From positions 18,381-82,380 of the forward strand of contig JBAXFI010000001.1 in assembly GCA_037139995.1 (NCBI GenBank): a DNA stretch of 64,000 bases, given 5' to 3'. Under the pieces are notes generated by a model. The model did no database searches, had not been told where the DNA came from, and was given only the letters and a program-made list of their open reading frames with translations. Shown one piece after another: positions 15,643 to 27,266 of this stretch; the stretch's first letter is position 1; every line of letters starts with the position of its first letter. Source of the stretch: Comamonadaceae bacterium (GTDB taxonomy: Bacteria; Pseudomonadota; Gammaproteobacteria; Burkholderiales; Burkholderiaceae_C). Both the position numbers and the translations under genes were made by a program.

Positions 15643-15656
15643 TGTCGGCGGTCTGG

Positions 15657-16604
15657 CTATTTTTTGCCCAGTCCCAGACGCTGCGCGCCCTCGGTATAAA
15701 GGCGCACTTTTTCCTTCATGAACGCGTCCATCTGGTCTTGACCCACGTTGACCAGTTCGAAACCACTTTTGGCCGCCAGTTCTTTCATCTCTGGGTCATT
15801 GTTCAGAGCCGCCCACAACTCCGACAGGCGTTTGCGCGCTTCCGGCGTGGCGGATTTTGGAACCCCAATACCGCGGTAAGCACCATCAACCCAGTCAAAA
15901 CCAAGTTCCTTGAAAGTCGGTACGTCGGGCAGCAAGGGATGGCGCTTTTCCATCGCGATAGCCAGTCCCCGCACGCGGGTCTTGTTGTTGATCGCGAAGG
16001 CCGAATAGGTCATGGCACCGTCAATCTGAGCCCCCAGCACGGCGCTGGCCATGTCGCCGGTGCCCTTGTAGGGGATGTAGTTGGTCTTGACTGCGAAGGC
16101 CGCATTCATGCGCTCATGGGCGGCATGGTTGGCGGAATTCAAGCCCGACCCGCCAAGGTTGAGCGCGCCAGGCGTGGCCTTGGCCGCCTTGATGAAGTCA
16201 GCGAAGGTCCTGATCGCGCTCTGCTCGGGCACCACCAGAATATCGGGTGTGAAATGGAACCAGAAGACAGGAGTCACATCCTGCGTCTTGTATTGAACCT
16301 GTCCTTCCAGCGGCTGGAACACAATATGCGGGAGATTGACGCCAACAATATTGAGGCCATCGCCGGGCAACTGGTTCATCTGTCCCCACATCAGGCCACC
16401 ACCCGCACCGGCCTTGTACTGGATGATGGTGTCGATGGCGGGGCATTTCTTCTTGAGCACCATCTGCTGATGCCGGGCCGACAAGTCCGACTCGCCGCCA
16501 GGCGGGAAAGCCTGCCAGTAGAGCAGGTTTTTGTCTGGGCAATTTTGCGCCAGTGCCAGCGGCGCCAGCGTCGCCAGACACAGTGCGAAAAGCAGCTTTT
16601 TCAT
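15657..16604 (-). CDS. Tripartite tricarboxylate transporter substrate-binding protein (Bug/TctC)
   Basis: Signal peptide MKKLLFALCL..., FPPGGESD, GAGG, YIPYKGTG, PDVPTFKELG. Confidence 0.9.
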   Translation of the reverse strand: MKKLLFALCLATLAPLALAQNCPDKNLLYWQAFPPGGESDLSARHQQMVLKKKCPAIDTIIQYKAGAGGGLMWGQMNQLPGDGLNIVGVNLPHIVFQPLEGQVQYKTQDVTPVFWFHFTPDILVVPEQSAIRTFADFIKAAKATPGALNLGGSGLNSANHAAHERMNAAFAVKTNYIPYKGTGDMASAVLGAQIDGAMTYSAFAINNKTRVRGLAIAMEKRHPLLPDVPTFKELGFDWVDGAYRGIGVPKSATPEARKRLSELWAALNNDPEMKELAAKSGFELVNVGQDQMDAFMKEKVRLYTEGAQRLGLGKK

Positions 16605-16633
16605 CGCGTCTCCTCCGGGTTGTTGTAACGAAT

Positions 16634-17719
16634 TCAAACAGATTGCGTCGCCATGGCAGCAATGCGTTCGCATACCGCCTGCGTGACCTGTTGCGTGGTC
16701 GCATTGCCACCCAGGTCACGCGTATGCAGCGCCGGCTCGGCTGTGACCTGTTCGATGGCCTGCATCAGGCTGCCTGCCGCTTCCACCTCGCCGAGGTGCT
16801 CCAGCAACATCACGCAACTCCAGAAAGTGCCGACCGGATTGGCCAGCCCCTGGCCCATGATGTCGAAAGCCGAACCATGGATCGGCTCGAACATGCTCGG
16901 GTAACGCCGCTCGGGATCGATGTTGCCGGTGGGCGCAATGCCCAGGCTACCCGCCAGCGCGGCAGCCAGGTCGCTCAGGATGTCGGCGTGCAGATTGGTG
17001 GCAACCAGGGTGTCGAGCGTCGCCGGTCGATTGACCATGCGTGCCGTCGCCGCGTCGACCAGTTCCTTGTCCCACTTCACGTCCGGAAATTCTCTCGAGA
17101 TCTGCAGCGCAATTTCATCCCACATCACCATGGCATGACGCTGCGCATTGGACTTGGTGACCACCGTCAGCAGTTTACGTGGGCGTGACTGCGCCAATCG
17201 GAAAGCGAAACGCATGATGCGCTCCACGCCGGCGCGCGTCATCATCGAAACATCGGTGGCGGCTTCAATCGGCTGGCCCTGGTGAACCCGGCCACCGACG
17301 CCGGCGTATTCACCCTCGGAGTTCTCACGCACGATGACCCAGTCAAGGTCTTGTGGTCGGCAGCGCTTGAGTGGCGCGTCAATGCCAGGCAGGATGCGCG
17401 TTGGTCGCACGTTGGCATACTGGTCAAAACCCTGACAGATTCTCAGGCGCAGCCCCCAGAGCGTGATGTGATCCGGAATATGCGGGTCACCGGCAGAGCC
17501 AAACAGAATGGCGTCTTTGTGGCGCAAAGCGTCGAGTCCATCGGCAGGCATCATCTCGCCGTGCGCGCGGTACCAGTCACCACCCCAGCCGAAGTTCTCG
17601 AATTCGAAGCTGAAACTGCGGCTGCCTGAGGCCAGTGCCTCCAGCACTGTCTGGCCAGCCGGCACCACTTCCTTGCCAATGCCATCACCCGGGATGCATG
17701 CAATTTTGTAACTTTTCAT
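16634..17719 (-). CDS. ttuC: Tartrate dehydrogenase / D-malate dehydrogenase (decarboxylating)
   Basis: IPGDGIGKEV, RENSEGEY, VTKSNAQ, NLHADILSDL, FEPIHGSAFDI. Confidence 0.88.
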   Translation of the reverse strand: MKSYKIACIPGDGIGKEVVPAGQTVLEALASGSRSFSFEFENFGWGGDWYRAHGEMMPADGLDALRHKDAILFGSAGDPHIPDHITLWGLRLRICQGFDQYANVRPTRILPGIDAPLKRCRPQDLDWVIVRENSEGEYAGVGGRVHQGQPIEAATDVSMMTRAGVERIMRFAFRLAQSRPRKLLTVVTKSNAQRHAMVMWDEIALQISREFPDVKWDKELVDAATARMVNRPATLDTLVATNLHADILSDLAAALAGSLGIAPTGNIDPERRYPSMFEPIHGSAFDIMGQGLANPVGTFWSCVMLLEHLGEVEAAGSLMQAIEQVTAEPALHTRDLGGNATTQQVTQAVCERIAAMATQSV

Positions 17720-17725
17720 GGGCAA

Positions 17726-18439
17726 CTACTCGCCCAGGTAGGCTGCGCGCACCTTCGGGTCCTTGAGCATCACTTTGGCATCACCCGACATCGTCACCAG
17801 GCCCGAGTCCATGACGTAGCCGCGATCGGCAATCGCCAGCGCCCGGCTGGCGTTCTGCTCCACCAGCAGCACCGTCACGCCCTGCGCGTAAACATCGCGC
17901 ACGACTTCAAATATCTTGTCCACCATCAGTGGCGACAAGCCCATCGAAGGCTCATCAAGCAGCAGCACCTTGGGCCGGCTCATCAGGCCCCGCCCCATGG
18001 CCAGCATCTGCTGCTCGCCGCCCGACAGGGTGCCGGCCAGTTGGTCGCGCCGTTCCTTCAGGCGCGGAAAGATAGTGAAGACCTTGTCGATGTCTGCCAG
18101 CACATCCGCCTTGTCGTTGCGGATGTAGGCGCCCATCTGCAGGTTCTCGACAATCGTCATGCGTGAAAAGACACCGCGGCCTTCCGGCACCATGGCCAAG
18201 CCCTGCTTTACCAGGTCCCAGGGCCCCTGGCCGCGAATGCTCTTGCCCATGTACTCGATGTCGCCGTCATTGATCGGCAGGATGCCGGTGATGGCTTTCA
18301 TGGTCGTCGTCTTGCCAGCGCCGTTGGAGCCGATCAGCGAAACCAGTTCGCCTTCACGCACTTCAAAGTCAACACCCTTGACAGCCTGGATGCCGCCGTA
18401 GGCGACTTTGAGACCCGTCACTTTGAGAAGAATAGTCAT
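17726..18439 (-). CDS. livF: Branched-chain amino acid ABC transporter ATPase
   Basis: GSNGAGKTT, VPEGRGVF, LSGGEQQMLA, LDEPSMGL. Confidence 0.93.
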   Translation of the reverse strand: MTILLKVTGLKVAYGGIQAVKGVDFEVREGELVSLIGSNGAGKTTTMKAITGILPINDGDIEYMGKSIRGQGPWDLVKQGLAMVPEGRGVFSRMTIVENLQMGAYIRNDKADVLADIDKVFTIFPRLKERRDQLAGTLSGGEQQMLAMGRGLMSRPKVLLLDEPSMGLSPLMVDKIFEVVRDVYAQGVTVLLVEQNASRALAIADRGYVMDSGLVTMSGDAKVMLKDPKVRAAYLGE

Positions 18440-18464
18440 CGTTGCTTCCTTGAGACCTATTTTT

Positions 18465-18495
18465 TTGCGGGACAGATCTTTAGCTCTGTCCTCAA
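18465..18495. repeat. Short palindromic intergenic repeat, copy 1 (TTGCGGGACAGA...AGCTCTGTCCTCAA)
   Basis: Hairpin between livG and livF; arms match copy 2 in the opposite orientation. Confidence 0.7.
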
Positions 18496-18499
18496 CCGT

Positions 18500-19267
18500 T
18501 CAGTGCGTAGTACCGAGATACGCTTCAATCACTTTTTCATTCTTCTGCACGTCCGCTGGCGTGCCTTCCGCTATCTGCTTGCCATAGTCCAGCACCGTGA
18601 CGCGGTCGCACAATCCCATCACCAGTTTGACATCGTGTTCAATCAACAGGATGGTCCGGTTGTCATTGCGAATCTTGTCGATCAGTTCGCGCAGCATGAC
18701 CTTTTCGGTGGCATTCATGCCGGCAGCCGGCTCGTCCAGCGCAATCAGTTGCGGATCGGTCGCCAGCGCGCGGGCGATTTCCAGCCGGCGCTGGTCACCA
18801 TAACTCAGGGTGCGTGCCTTGTAGTCGGTGAACCTGCCAATGCCAACGTAGTCAAGCAACTCCTGCGCGCGAGCGGCGATCGCCGCCTCTTCCGCCTTGA
18901 AGCCGCGGGTGCGAAACATGGCGCCGATCAAGCCCGAATGGGTGCGGATATGGCGTCCGACCATGACGTTTTCCAGCGCCGTCATTTCCGAAAACAGACG
19001 AATATTCTGGAAAGTGCGGGCAATACCGGCCTTGGCCACCTCATGAACCGCGGTCGGCTGGTAGGTCTTGCCGGCAAGTTCAAAACTGCCGCTGTCCGGC
19101 GTGTAAAGCCCGGTCAGCACGTTGAAAAAAGTGGTCTTGCCAGCGCCATTGGGACCGATCAGGCCATAGACCTGGCCGCGCAGGATTTTTATGCCCACAT
19201 CGCTCAGGGCCTGCAGGCCGCCAAAGCGTTTGGACACACCGGCGACGTTGAGTACTGTGTCTGTCAT
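18500..19267 (-). CDS. livG: Branched-chain amino acid ABC transporter ATPase
   Basis: GPNGAGKTT, ARTFQNIRLF, LSYGDQRRLEIARAL, LDEPAAG. Confidence 0.93.
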   Translation of the reverse strand: MTDTVLNVAGVSKRFGGLQALSDVGIKILRGQVYGLIGPNGAGKTTFFNVLTGLYTPDSGSFELAGKTYQPTAVHEVAKAGIARTFQNIRLFSEMTALENVMVGRHIRTHSGLIGAMFRTRGFKAEEAAIAARAQELLDYVGIGRFTDYKARTLSYGDQRRLEIARALATDPQLIALDEPAAGMNATEKVMLRELIDKIRNDNRTILLIEHDVKLVMGLCDRVTVLDYGKQIAEGTPADVQKNEKVIEAYLGTTH

Positions 19268-19283
19268 GTTGATCCTTAATCAG

Positions 19284-19331
19284 TTGGGGACAGAGCTTGT
19301 TCGCTTCGCGTAACTACGGTCTGTCCCGCAA
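19284..19331. repeat. Short palindromic intergenic repeat, copy 2
   Basis: Reverse complement reads TTGCGGGACAGA-CCGTAGTTACGCGAAGCGAACA-AGCTCTGTCCCCAA. Confidence 0.7.
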
Positions 19332-19336
19332 TTTCA

Positions 19337-20413
19337 TTATTTTTGCAGTGCCTTGCCGTGATCCGGCGAAGGCCACAAACCGCGCGGCCTGGACAGCATG
19401 ATGGTGATCATGGCCAGGGCAATCAACAACTGGCGCAGGATGGCCGAATCCAGCCGGCCATCGGTCATGGCCTGCAGCGGCCCGGCCACATAGCGCAAAA
19501 CCTCCGGCAGCGCCGACAACAAGACGGCACCCAGAATGACACCCGGCAAGTGCCCGATGCCGCCAAGCACCACCATGGCCACGATCATTACAGACTCCAT
19601 CAGGCTGAACGATTCAGGCGAAATGAATCCCTGAAACGATGCAAACATCGCGCCCGAGACGCCACCGAAAGTGGCGCCCATACCGAAGGCCAGCAGTTTG
19701 AGATTGCGGGTGTTGATGCCCATCGCCTTGGCGGCGATTTCGTCTTCGCGAATCGCCATCCAGGCGCGCCCGACACGCGACATTTCGAGCCGGTGTGAAA
19801 TCACCACACTGAACACCACCAGCGCCAAGAAAAGATAGTAGTAAAGCGAGACCGACGCCACTTCAAAACCGGCCACGGTCACGTTCTTGCCCAGATTCAA
19901 GCCAAAGAAGCTCAGGGCGTCAATCTGGCCCAAACCCTTGGGGCCGTTGGTAATGTTGACCGGATGATCGAGGTTGTTCATGAAGACGCGGATGATTTCG
20001 CCAAAGCCGAGTGTCACGATAGCGAGGTAGTCGCCACGTAGGCGCAAGGTAGGCGCGCCCAGCAGGACCCCGAAAAAACCGGCCAGCGCAGCGGCGGCTG
20101 GCACCACAATCCACAGCGGCGTGTGCATGCCTTGCGGAAACATGGAAGTGAACAGCTCGAAAGTTTCGGTCAAATGGGGCGACGCCAACAGGCCGTACAT
20201 GTAGGCGCCAATGGCGAAGAAGGCCACATAACCCAGGTCGAGCAGACCGGCGTAGCCCACCACAATGTTGAGTCCGAGCGCCAACAGAACATAAAGCAGA
20301 GCCATGTCGGCAATCCGGACCCAGGCGTTGCCAAAGCCCTGCAACAGCAGCGGCAGGACCAGCAAAGCGGCTGCGGTCAGAAGAAAAACAATGATTTTTT
20401 GTTGTTGTTTCAT
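19337..20413 (-). CDS. livM: Branched-chain amino acid ABC transporter permease
   Basis: GLNIVVGYAGLLDLG, LRLRGDYLAIVTLGFGEI, AIREDEIAA. Confidence 0.93.
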   Translation of the reverse strand: MKQQQKIIVFLLTAAALLVLPLLLQGFGNAWVRIADMALLYVLLALGLNIVVGYAGLLDLGYVAFFAIGAYMYGLLASPHLTETFELFTSMFPQGMHTPLWIVVPAAAALAGFFGVLLGAPTLRLRGDYLAIVTLGFGEIIRVFMNNLDHPVNITNGPKGLGQIDALSFFGLNLGKNVTVAGFEVASVSLYYYLFLALVVFSVVISHRLEMSRVGRAWMAIREDEIAAKAMGINTRNLKLLAFGMGATFGGVSGAMFASFQGFISPESFSLMESVMIVAMVVLGGIGHLPGVILGAVLLSALPEVLRYVAGPLQAMTDGRLDSAILRQLLIALAMITIMLSRPRGLWPSPDHGKALQK

Positions 20414-20450
20414 AAGCATCCTTTCTTATCGTGTCAGGCGCAGCACCGGC

Positions 20451-21380
20451 TTACGCACGATCCGCCACCCGCTCGCCGAGCAGACCCGAAGGCCGCAGCG
20501 TCAATACAGCAATCAAAACAATGAAGGCAAAAATGTCCGAATAATGGCTGCCCAGCACACCGCCAGTCAGGGCGCCGATGTAGCCCGCACCCAGCGACTC
20601 AATTAAGCCCAGCAGGATACCGCCAACCACCGCACCCGCCAGGTTGCCAATGCCGCCGAACACTGCCGCAGTAAAGGCCTTGAGGCCCGGCAAGAAACCC
20701 ATGCTGTGCTGCACCGTGCCGTAGTTGGCAGCCCACATCACGCCGGCAATCGCCGCCAGCACGGCACCGATCACGAATGTCGCGGAAATCACCACGTCAG
20801 GCTTCACGCCCATCAAGGCGGCAACGCGCGGATTCTCGGCCGTCGCCCGCATGGCGCGACCGAGCTTGGTGTAATTGACCAGCCACATCAGCACGGCCAG
20901 CGAGGTCGCCGTCATCCCCAGAATCAGCACCTGGGTGGGTGTGATGACCGCACCACCAATGTCAAACGGTGAGCTGGGCATTAAGGTCGGATAGGGTTTG
21001 TAGTTGGGCTTCCAGATGATCATGGCCAGCGTCTGCAGCAGCAGCGACATGCCGATGGCAGTGATCAGGGGAGCGAGTTTCGGGCTGTTGCGTAGCGGCC
21101 GGTAAGCAACTTTTTCGATGACGAAATTGAGGGTTGCGGCACAGATGCAGGCAATCACCGTGGCAATCAGCAGGATCAGCCAACCCGGTGCATCGGGCAT
21201 GGCGTCTCTCATCAGTCCAATGATGGACCAACTGGTCAGCGCTCCGACCATCAGCACCTCGCCGTGGGCAAAGTTGATCAGCCCGATGATGCCGTACACC
21301 ATGGTGTAGCCCAGCGCTACCAGGGCATACATACTGCCCAACACCAGACCATTGATGATCTGCTGTATGAAGGTATCCAT
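20451..21380 (-). CDS. livH: Branched-chain amino acid ABC transporter permease
   Basis: YALVALGYTMVYGIIGLINFAHGE, GRAMRATAEN, KAFTAAVFGGIG. Confidence 0.93.
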   Translation of the reverse strand: MDTFIQQIINGLVLGSMYALVALGYTMVYGIIGLINFAHGEVLMVGALTSWSIIGLMRDAMPDAPGWLILLIATVIACICAATLNFVIEKVAYRPLRNSPKLAPLITAIGMSLLLQTLAMIIWKPNYKPYPTLMPSSPFDIGGAVITPTQVLILGMTATSLAVLMWLVNYTKLGRAMRATAENPRVAALMGVKPDVVISATFVIGAVLAAIAGVMWAANYGTVQHSMGFLPGLKAFTAAVFGGIGNLAGAVVGGILLGLIESLGAGYIGALTGGVLGSHYSDIFAFIVLIAVLTLRPSGLLGERVADRA

Positions 21381-21630
21381 AAACTTCTCCGATTTTTGAC
21401 CGGCGCCTGGAAATCAGCCTCTTTGCTGACGAGCGGCGCCGCCTTGTGAGCTCTACCAGTTCTATAGCAATAAACCTGCCAGCACAGAGATCAGAATGAG
21501 TGCCGGCAGATGGTGCAGGCGATTGTAGCCAAGGGGTGGGTGTGCTTGGCGCCCAATCCGCCAAGGTTTACCCTAAGCAGGCCACTGTTGCATGCTTCAA
21601 CTGCGATTTTCCTGCTGTTAATATCTTTGC

Positions 21631-23439
<1,809 letters not shown>

Positions 23440-23458
23440 GGGCACATCGGCGTTGCCG

Positions 23459-23611
23459 TGTCATTGCGACCTTCAATTGTCCTTGCGCCCTTCAATTGTC
23501 ATTGCGGACTCGATCCGCAATCCAGTATTGGCGTAGCTCTGGATCCCGGATCAGGTCCGGGATGACAAACTCCCCGTCCGGGATGACAAGCGCTCCGTCT
23601 CGGGTGACAAC
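23459..23611. repeat. REP-like GTCAT...ATGAC palindromic element with tandemly reiterated ends, copy 1
   Basis: Core TGTCATTGCGGA..TCCGCAATCCAGTATTGGCGTA..CTGGATCCCGGA..TCCGGGATGACA; three left-end units (19-nt period) and three right-end units (21-nt period). Confidence 0.85.
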
Positions 23612-23633
23612 TCCTTTGTTCGGCCTGACAGCT

Positions 23634-24629
23634 TCAGAATTTGGCCATGCGTTCCCAGAGCCGCGCTGCCTGAGCCGTAGCTTCGGAGCGAAGGGTTTTT
23701 ATATCCATGCCAGTGCCAGCGCCCATCGCAGGCACGCTGCCACCGAAGCGCTCTGCCAGTAGCGCATGACTGGCAACAGCGCGCTGTACCGCGGCATCCA
23801 TCGAGTCACCATAACGTGGCACATCTTCCAGCAAAGCCACTTGTTCAGCCACCATGTCAGACGGGTAACCGTCGCTGCCCAGCGCCACATGCCGGCTCTC
23901 TTGCAGCGCTGTCGGATAGCCAACCCAATTACCCCGGTTGGAACGCGTGTTTTGCACCAGCCAGCAGCCCATTTGTTCGCAGCGACGCACCTGTGAGGCA
24001 TCCAGGTGAACCCCGTGCGCGATGATGGAGCCCGGCGGCAGGGCACCCAGTTCAGTGAGCCGCTCCAGCGGGCCCGCCCAGCCGCGCCGCTGTGCATCCG
24101 CCACGTCGGCCAGATCCTCAGCGACATGCACATGCATCACAGACTTCAAATCGCGACACAGCGTTGCCGCTTCACGCAGCGTTTCGTCCGACACGGTAAA
24201 GGAGGCATGTAGCCCAATCACGCCGCGCACCAGAGGACGCGGGTTGTTCTCGATAAAGCGGCGGCATTCAGCCAGGCCACGCCGGGCTTCCGCGCGACCG
24301 CCGTTGCGCTCGGTCACACCGTAGCAAAGCACGGCCGGCATGCCGGCTTCCTGGCAGGCATCGGCCAGGATGTCGAGCGAGCCTTCGATCAGGTTTGGTG
24401 ACTCATGGTGGTCGATCAACCCGACCGTACCCAGGCGACGCGCCTCTGCAAGGTACCACCGGGCCGAGGCGCGCAGCGAATCAGGATCGAGCGCGCGGTC
24501 CAGCTTCCACCAGACGCGATCGAGAATCTGCACAAAGTTTTCAGGCGCCGGTCTGGGCTCCGGCATGCCAAAGGGCACCAGCCCAGAGTACAGGTGGGTG
24601 TGCGCGTTGACCTGGCCTGCCGCGCTCAT
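23634..24629 (-). CDS. ssnA: SsnA-like amidohydrolase (compact form)
   Basis: [53 protein letters not shown]; ATGA overlap with the xdh stop. Confidence 0.8.
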   Translation of the reverse strand: MSAAGQVNAHTHLYSGLVPFGMPEPRPAPENFVQILDRVWWKLDRALDPDSLRASARWYLAEARRLGTVGLIDHHESPNLIEGSLDILADACQEAGMPAVLCYGVTERNGGRAEARRGLAECRRFIENNPRPLVRGVIGLHASFTVSDETLREAATLCRDLKSVMHVHVAEDLADVADAQRRGWAGPLERLTELGALPPGSIIAHGVHLDASQVRRCEQMGCWLVQNTRSNRGNWVGYPTALQESRHVALGSDGYPSDMVAEQVALLEDVPRYGDSMDAAVQRAVASHALLAERFGGSVPAMGAGTGMDIKTLRSEATAQAARLWERMAKF

Positions 24630-27244
24630 TTTGCCGCTGCCGGCCGCCCCACGCTCATGGCCCGTGCCGCCGGCGAATCGCGCATCGGCAGCGTGGTGCG
24701 GCGAATGCCATCAAAGGCCTCCAGTGCGCCTGCAACCGCCGCGGCGGTTGGTACCAGACCGATCTCGCCCACGCCCTTGGCACCTAGTGGCCCCTCCGGC
24801 TCGGGTTCTTCCACGAGAATGACCTCGACTGTTGGCATATCGCGCGCCCGCAGGACACCGATTTCCTTGAGCTTGAAAGTTACCGGCATGCCGTTCTCGC
24901 ACTCCAGTTCCTCGGTCAGTGCGTAGCCCAGCCCCATGTGGACTGCACCCTCGATCTGCCCGGAGCACAGCGCCGGATTCACAACGCGACCGGCGTCGTG
25001 CACCGCGACCACACGATCCACGCGGCCCTTCTCGTCCAGAACCACGAGCTGGGTTGCATAGCTGAACGTGGTGTGCGTCTTCACGTGCTCCACTGGCGCG
25101 CCAAGCACCGTGGTGTCGTCGATCACGATGTCGCCGGCATAGACGCGGCCAATCAGTTCCGCCAACTTGTGGCCAGCGTCCAGATCGGCCCTAAGTTTGG
25201 CGGCTGCCAAGAGTGCGGCGCGACCGCTGAGCAGCGTGCCGCGTGAGCCGGTGGTCTGACTGCACTGCAGGTCGAAAGTTGAATTGACCTTGGGCACAAA
25301 GAGCGCTGCCGGCAGACCCGTGACCTCGACCGCAAACTGCACCAACACCGTCAGCAGGCCCTGGCCCATCTCGGTGAAGCCGTTGTAGAGCGAGATCGTG
25401 CCGTCGGCCTCCACCACCAGGCGCACCTTGCCCAGCTCCACCACGCCATTGCCGATGCCGCTGTTCTTGATGCCACAGGCAATGCCAACAGCACGCCCGC
25501 TGCGCAGCGCCGCGTCGTAATGCGGCTTCATGGCTTGCAGCGTCTTGCGGATGCCGACCGCTTTGTCCATCAACTGACCGGTGGAGAACAGATCGCCGAC
25601 TGAGAGCGCATTGCGCCAACGGATCTCCCAACGGTCCAACCCCGCCTTTTGCGCCAGCAAGTCCAGGCAGCCTTCCATCGCAAAGTGCGCCTGATTCGCA
25701 CCAAAGCCGCGCATGGCACCGCAGGGCGGGTTGTTGGTATAGACGGCGCGTGATTCGATGTCGACCACCGGCACCTTGTACGGACCACAGGCGTGACCCG
25801 CAGCTCGCTCCAGCACCTTGCCGCCGACCGATGCGTAGGCACCGGAGTCGCCCAGCATGCGCGCCTTCACAGCTGTGATGTGTCCCTGCGCGTCGCAGCC
25901 CACCGTGTAATCCATGGTGATCGGATGGCGCTTGGGGTGCATGCGGATGGACTCTTCGCGACTCAGAGTGATCTTCACTGGCAATCCCGTCAGATGGGCA
26001 AGCAAGGCCGTCTGCGCCTGCACCGACATGTCTTCCTTGCCACCAAAAGCGCCGCCATTGGGCACCAATTCGACGTAAATCTGTGATTCTTCCAAGCCTA
26101 GAAAACGCGCCACCTGCCGACGGTCATCAAAGATGCCCTGGCCCTGGGTGCGCAGGCGCAAAGTGCCGCCAGCAACCGGCTCGGCAAGCGCGCTCTCAGG
26201 CTCCAGAAACAGATGCTCGATGCGCTGCGTGGTCCAGCGACCGCTGACCACGTGCGCGCTCGTGGCAAACGCGGCGTCCGCATCGCCACGCCGCAGGACC
26301 ACGCAGTCCAGCAGATTGGCGTGCTGCGGGTTGACACGTGGCGCATCGGCTTCTAGCGCAGCCTGCGGATCAAGCACCGGAGGCAGCACCTCGTAGCTGA
26401 CCTCCACCAGTTTGGCAGCCTCGCGTGCAGTGTGGCGGTCCACTGCGGCAACCGCCGCCAGCACGTCACCCACGCAGCGCACCTCTTCGCCAACCGCCAC
26501 AAAACCCGGCCAGTCGTTGTAAAGCAGGCCGTACCAGCGCTCACCCGGAACGTCGGCGGCAGTGACCACGCTGTGCACACCCGGCAGCGCGCGCGCGCGG
26601 GAGGAGTCGATGCTCAGCACACGAGCCCGCGGATGCGCCGACAGGGTCAGCGCACCGTGCAACATGCCCTCTACCTTGATGTCGTCAACGAAAGGCCTAT
26701 CCCCCAACACGGTAGGCACGCTGCCAATGCGCTCCAGGGGCTGACCGACACGGCCGTCGGTGCAGGCCGCTGGAATGGCGCCGCCGTGCTTGGCCGCAGC
26801 CAGCATCTCGATGGCATCAATGATCTTCACGTAGCCGGTGCAGCGGCACAGATGCAGGTCCAGCGAGCGGGCGATCACCTCACGCGTCGGGTGTGGCTCG
26901 CGGTCAGTGAGCGCCTTGGCGCGCAACACAATGCCCGGAATGCAAAAGCCGCACTGCAGTCCGGCGGTCGCAGCAAAGCAGTCTGCGATTTGCTTGCGCT
27001 CGTCGGCCGGCAAGCCGTCGATTGTCATGATGGTCTTGCCTTGGGCTACTTTGGTCGGCATGGCGCAGGTCGTTTTCGGCAAGCCATCAACCAGCGCCAC
27101 GCAACAGCCACACTGGCCCTGCGGACTGCAACCATCTTTCAGTGACGTCACACCGCAGCGCTCGCGCAGCGTTTCCAGCAGTCTCTCATCAGGTCGCGCT
27201 TCAACGCGGCAGGCAGTGCCGTTAAGCACGAATTCAATTGTCAT
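24626..27244 (-). CDS. xdh: Molybdenum hydroxylase with fused 2x[2Fe-2S] and Mo-cofactor domains (selenium-dependent xanthine dehydrogenase-like)
   Basis: [46 protein letters not shown]; linked to ssnA and ygfK homologues. Confidence 0.85.
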   Translation of the reverse strand: MTIEFVLNGTACRVEARPDERLLETLRERCGVTSLKDGCSPQGQCGCCVALVDGLPKTTCAMPTKVAQGKTIMTIDGLPADERKQIADCFAATAGLQCGFCIPGIVLRAKALTDREPHPTREVIARSLDLHLCRCTGYVKIIDAIEMLAAAKHGGAIPAACTDGRVGQPLERIGSVPTVLGDRPFVDDIKVEGMLHGALTLSAHPRARVLSIDSSRARALPGVHSVVTAADVPGERWYGLLYNDWPGFVAVGEEVRCVGDVLAAVAAVDRHTAREAAKLVEVSYEVLPPVLDPQAALEADAPRVNPQHANLLDCVVLRRGDADAAFATSAHVVSGRWTTQRIEHLFLEPESALAEPVAGGTLRLRTQGQGIFDDRRQVARFLGLEESQIYVELVPNGGAFGGKEDMSVQAQTALLAHLTGLPVKITLSREESIRMHPKRHPITMDYTVGCDAQGHITAVKARMLGDSGAYASVGGKVLERAAGHACGPYKVPVVDIESRAVYTNNPPCGAMRGFGANQAHFAMEGCLDLLAQKAGLDRWEIRWRNALSVGDLFSTGQLMDKAVGIRKTLQAMKPHYDAALRSGRAVGIACGIKNSGIGNGVVELGKVRLVVEADGTISLYNGFTEMGQGLLTVLVQFAVEVTGLPAALFVPKVNSTFDLQCSQTTGSRGTLLSGRAALLAAAKLRADLDAGHKLAELIGRVYAGDIVIDDTTVLGAPVEHVKTHTTFSYATQLVVLDEKGRVDRVVAVHDAGRVVNPALCSGQIEGAVHMGLGYALTEELECENGMPVTFKLKEIGVLRARDMPTVEVILVEEPEPEGPLGAKGVGEIGLVPTAAAVAGALEAFDGIRRTTLPMRDSPAARAMSVGRPAAAK

Positions 27245-27266
27245 GGGTCGGGTTCCGGTTCGTCAC

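Noticed and set aside
23459-23611. Tandem 19-21 nt units as a possible mini-CRISPR array
   Set aside because: Units are too short, the intervening sequences are near-identical rather than unique spacers, there are no cas genes, and they are the ends of a palindromic element.
24626-24629. Selenocysteine read-through at TGA stops in the xdh/ssnA/ygfK module
   Set aside because: The TGAs fall at natural C-termini (the xdh stop is an ATGA overlap with ssnA in another frame), and enzymes of this family carry labile selenium rather than Sec.
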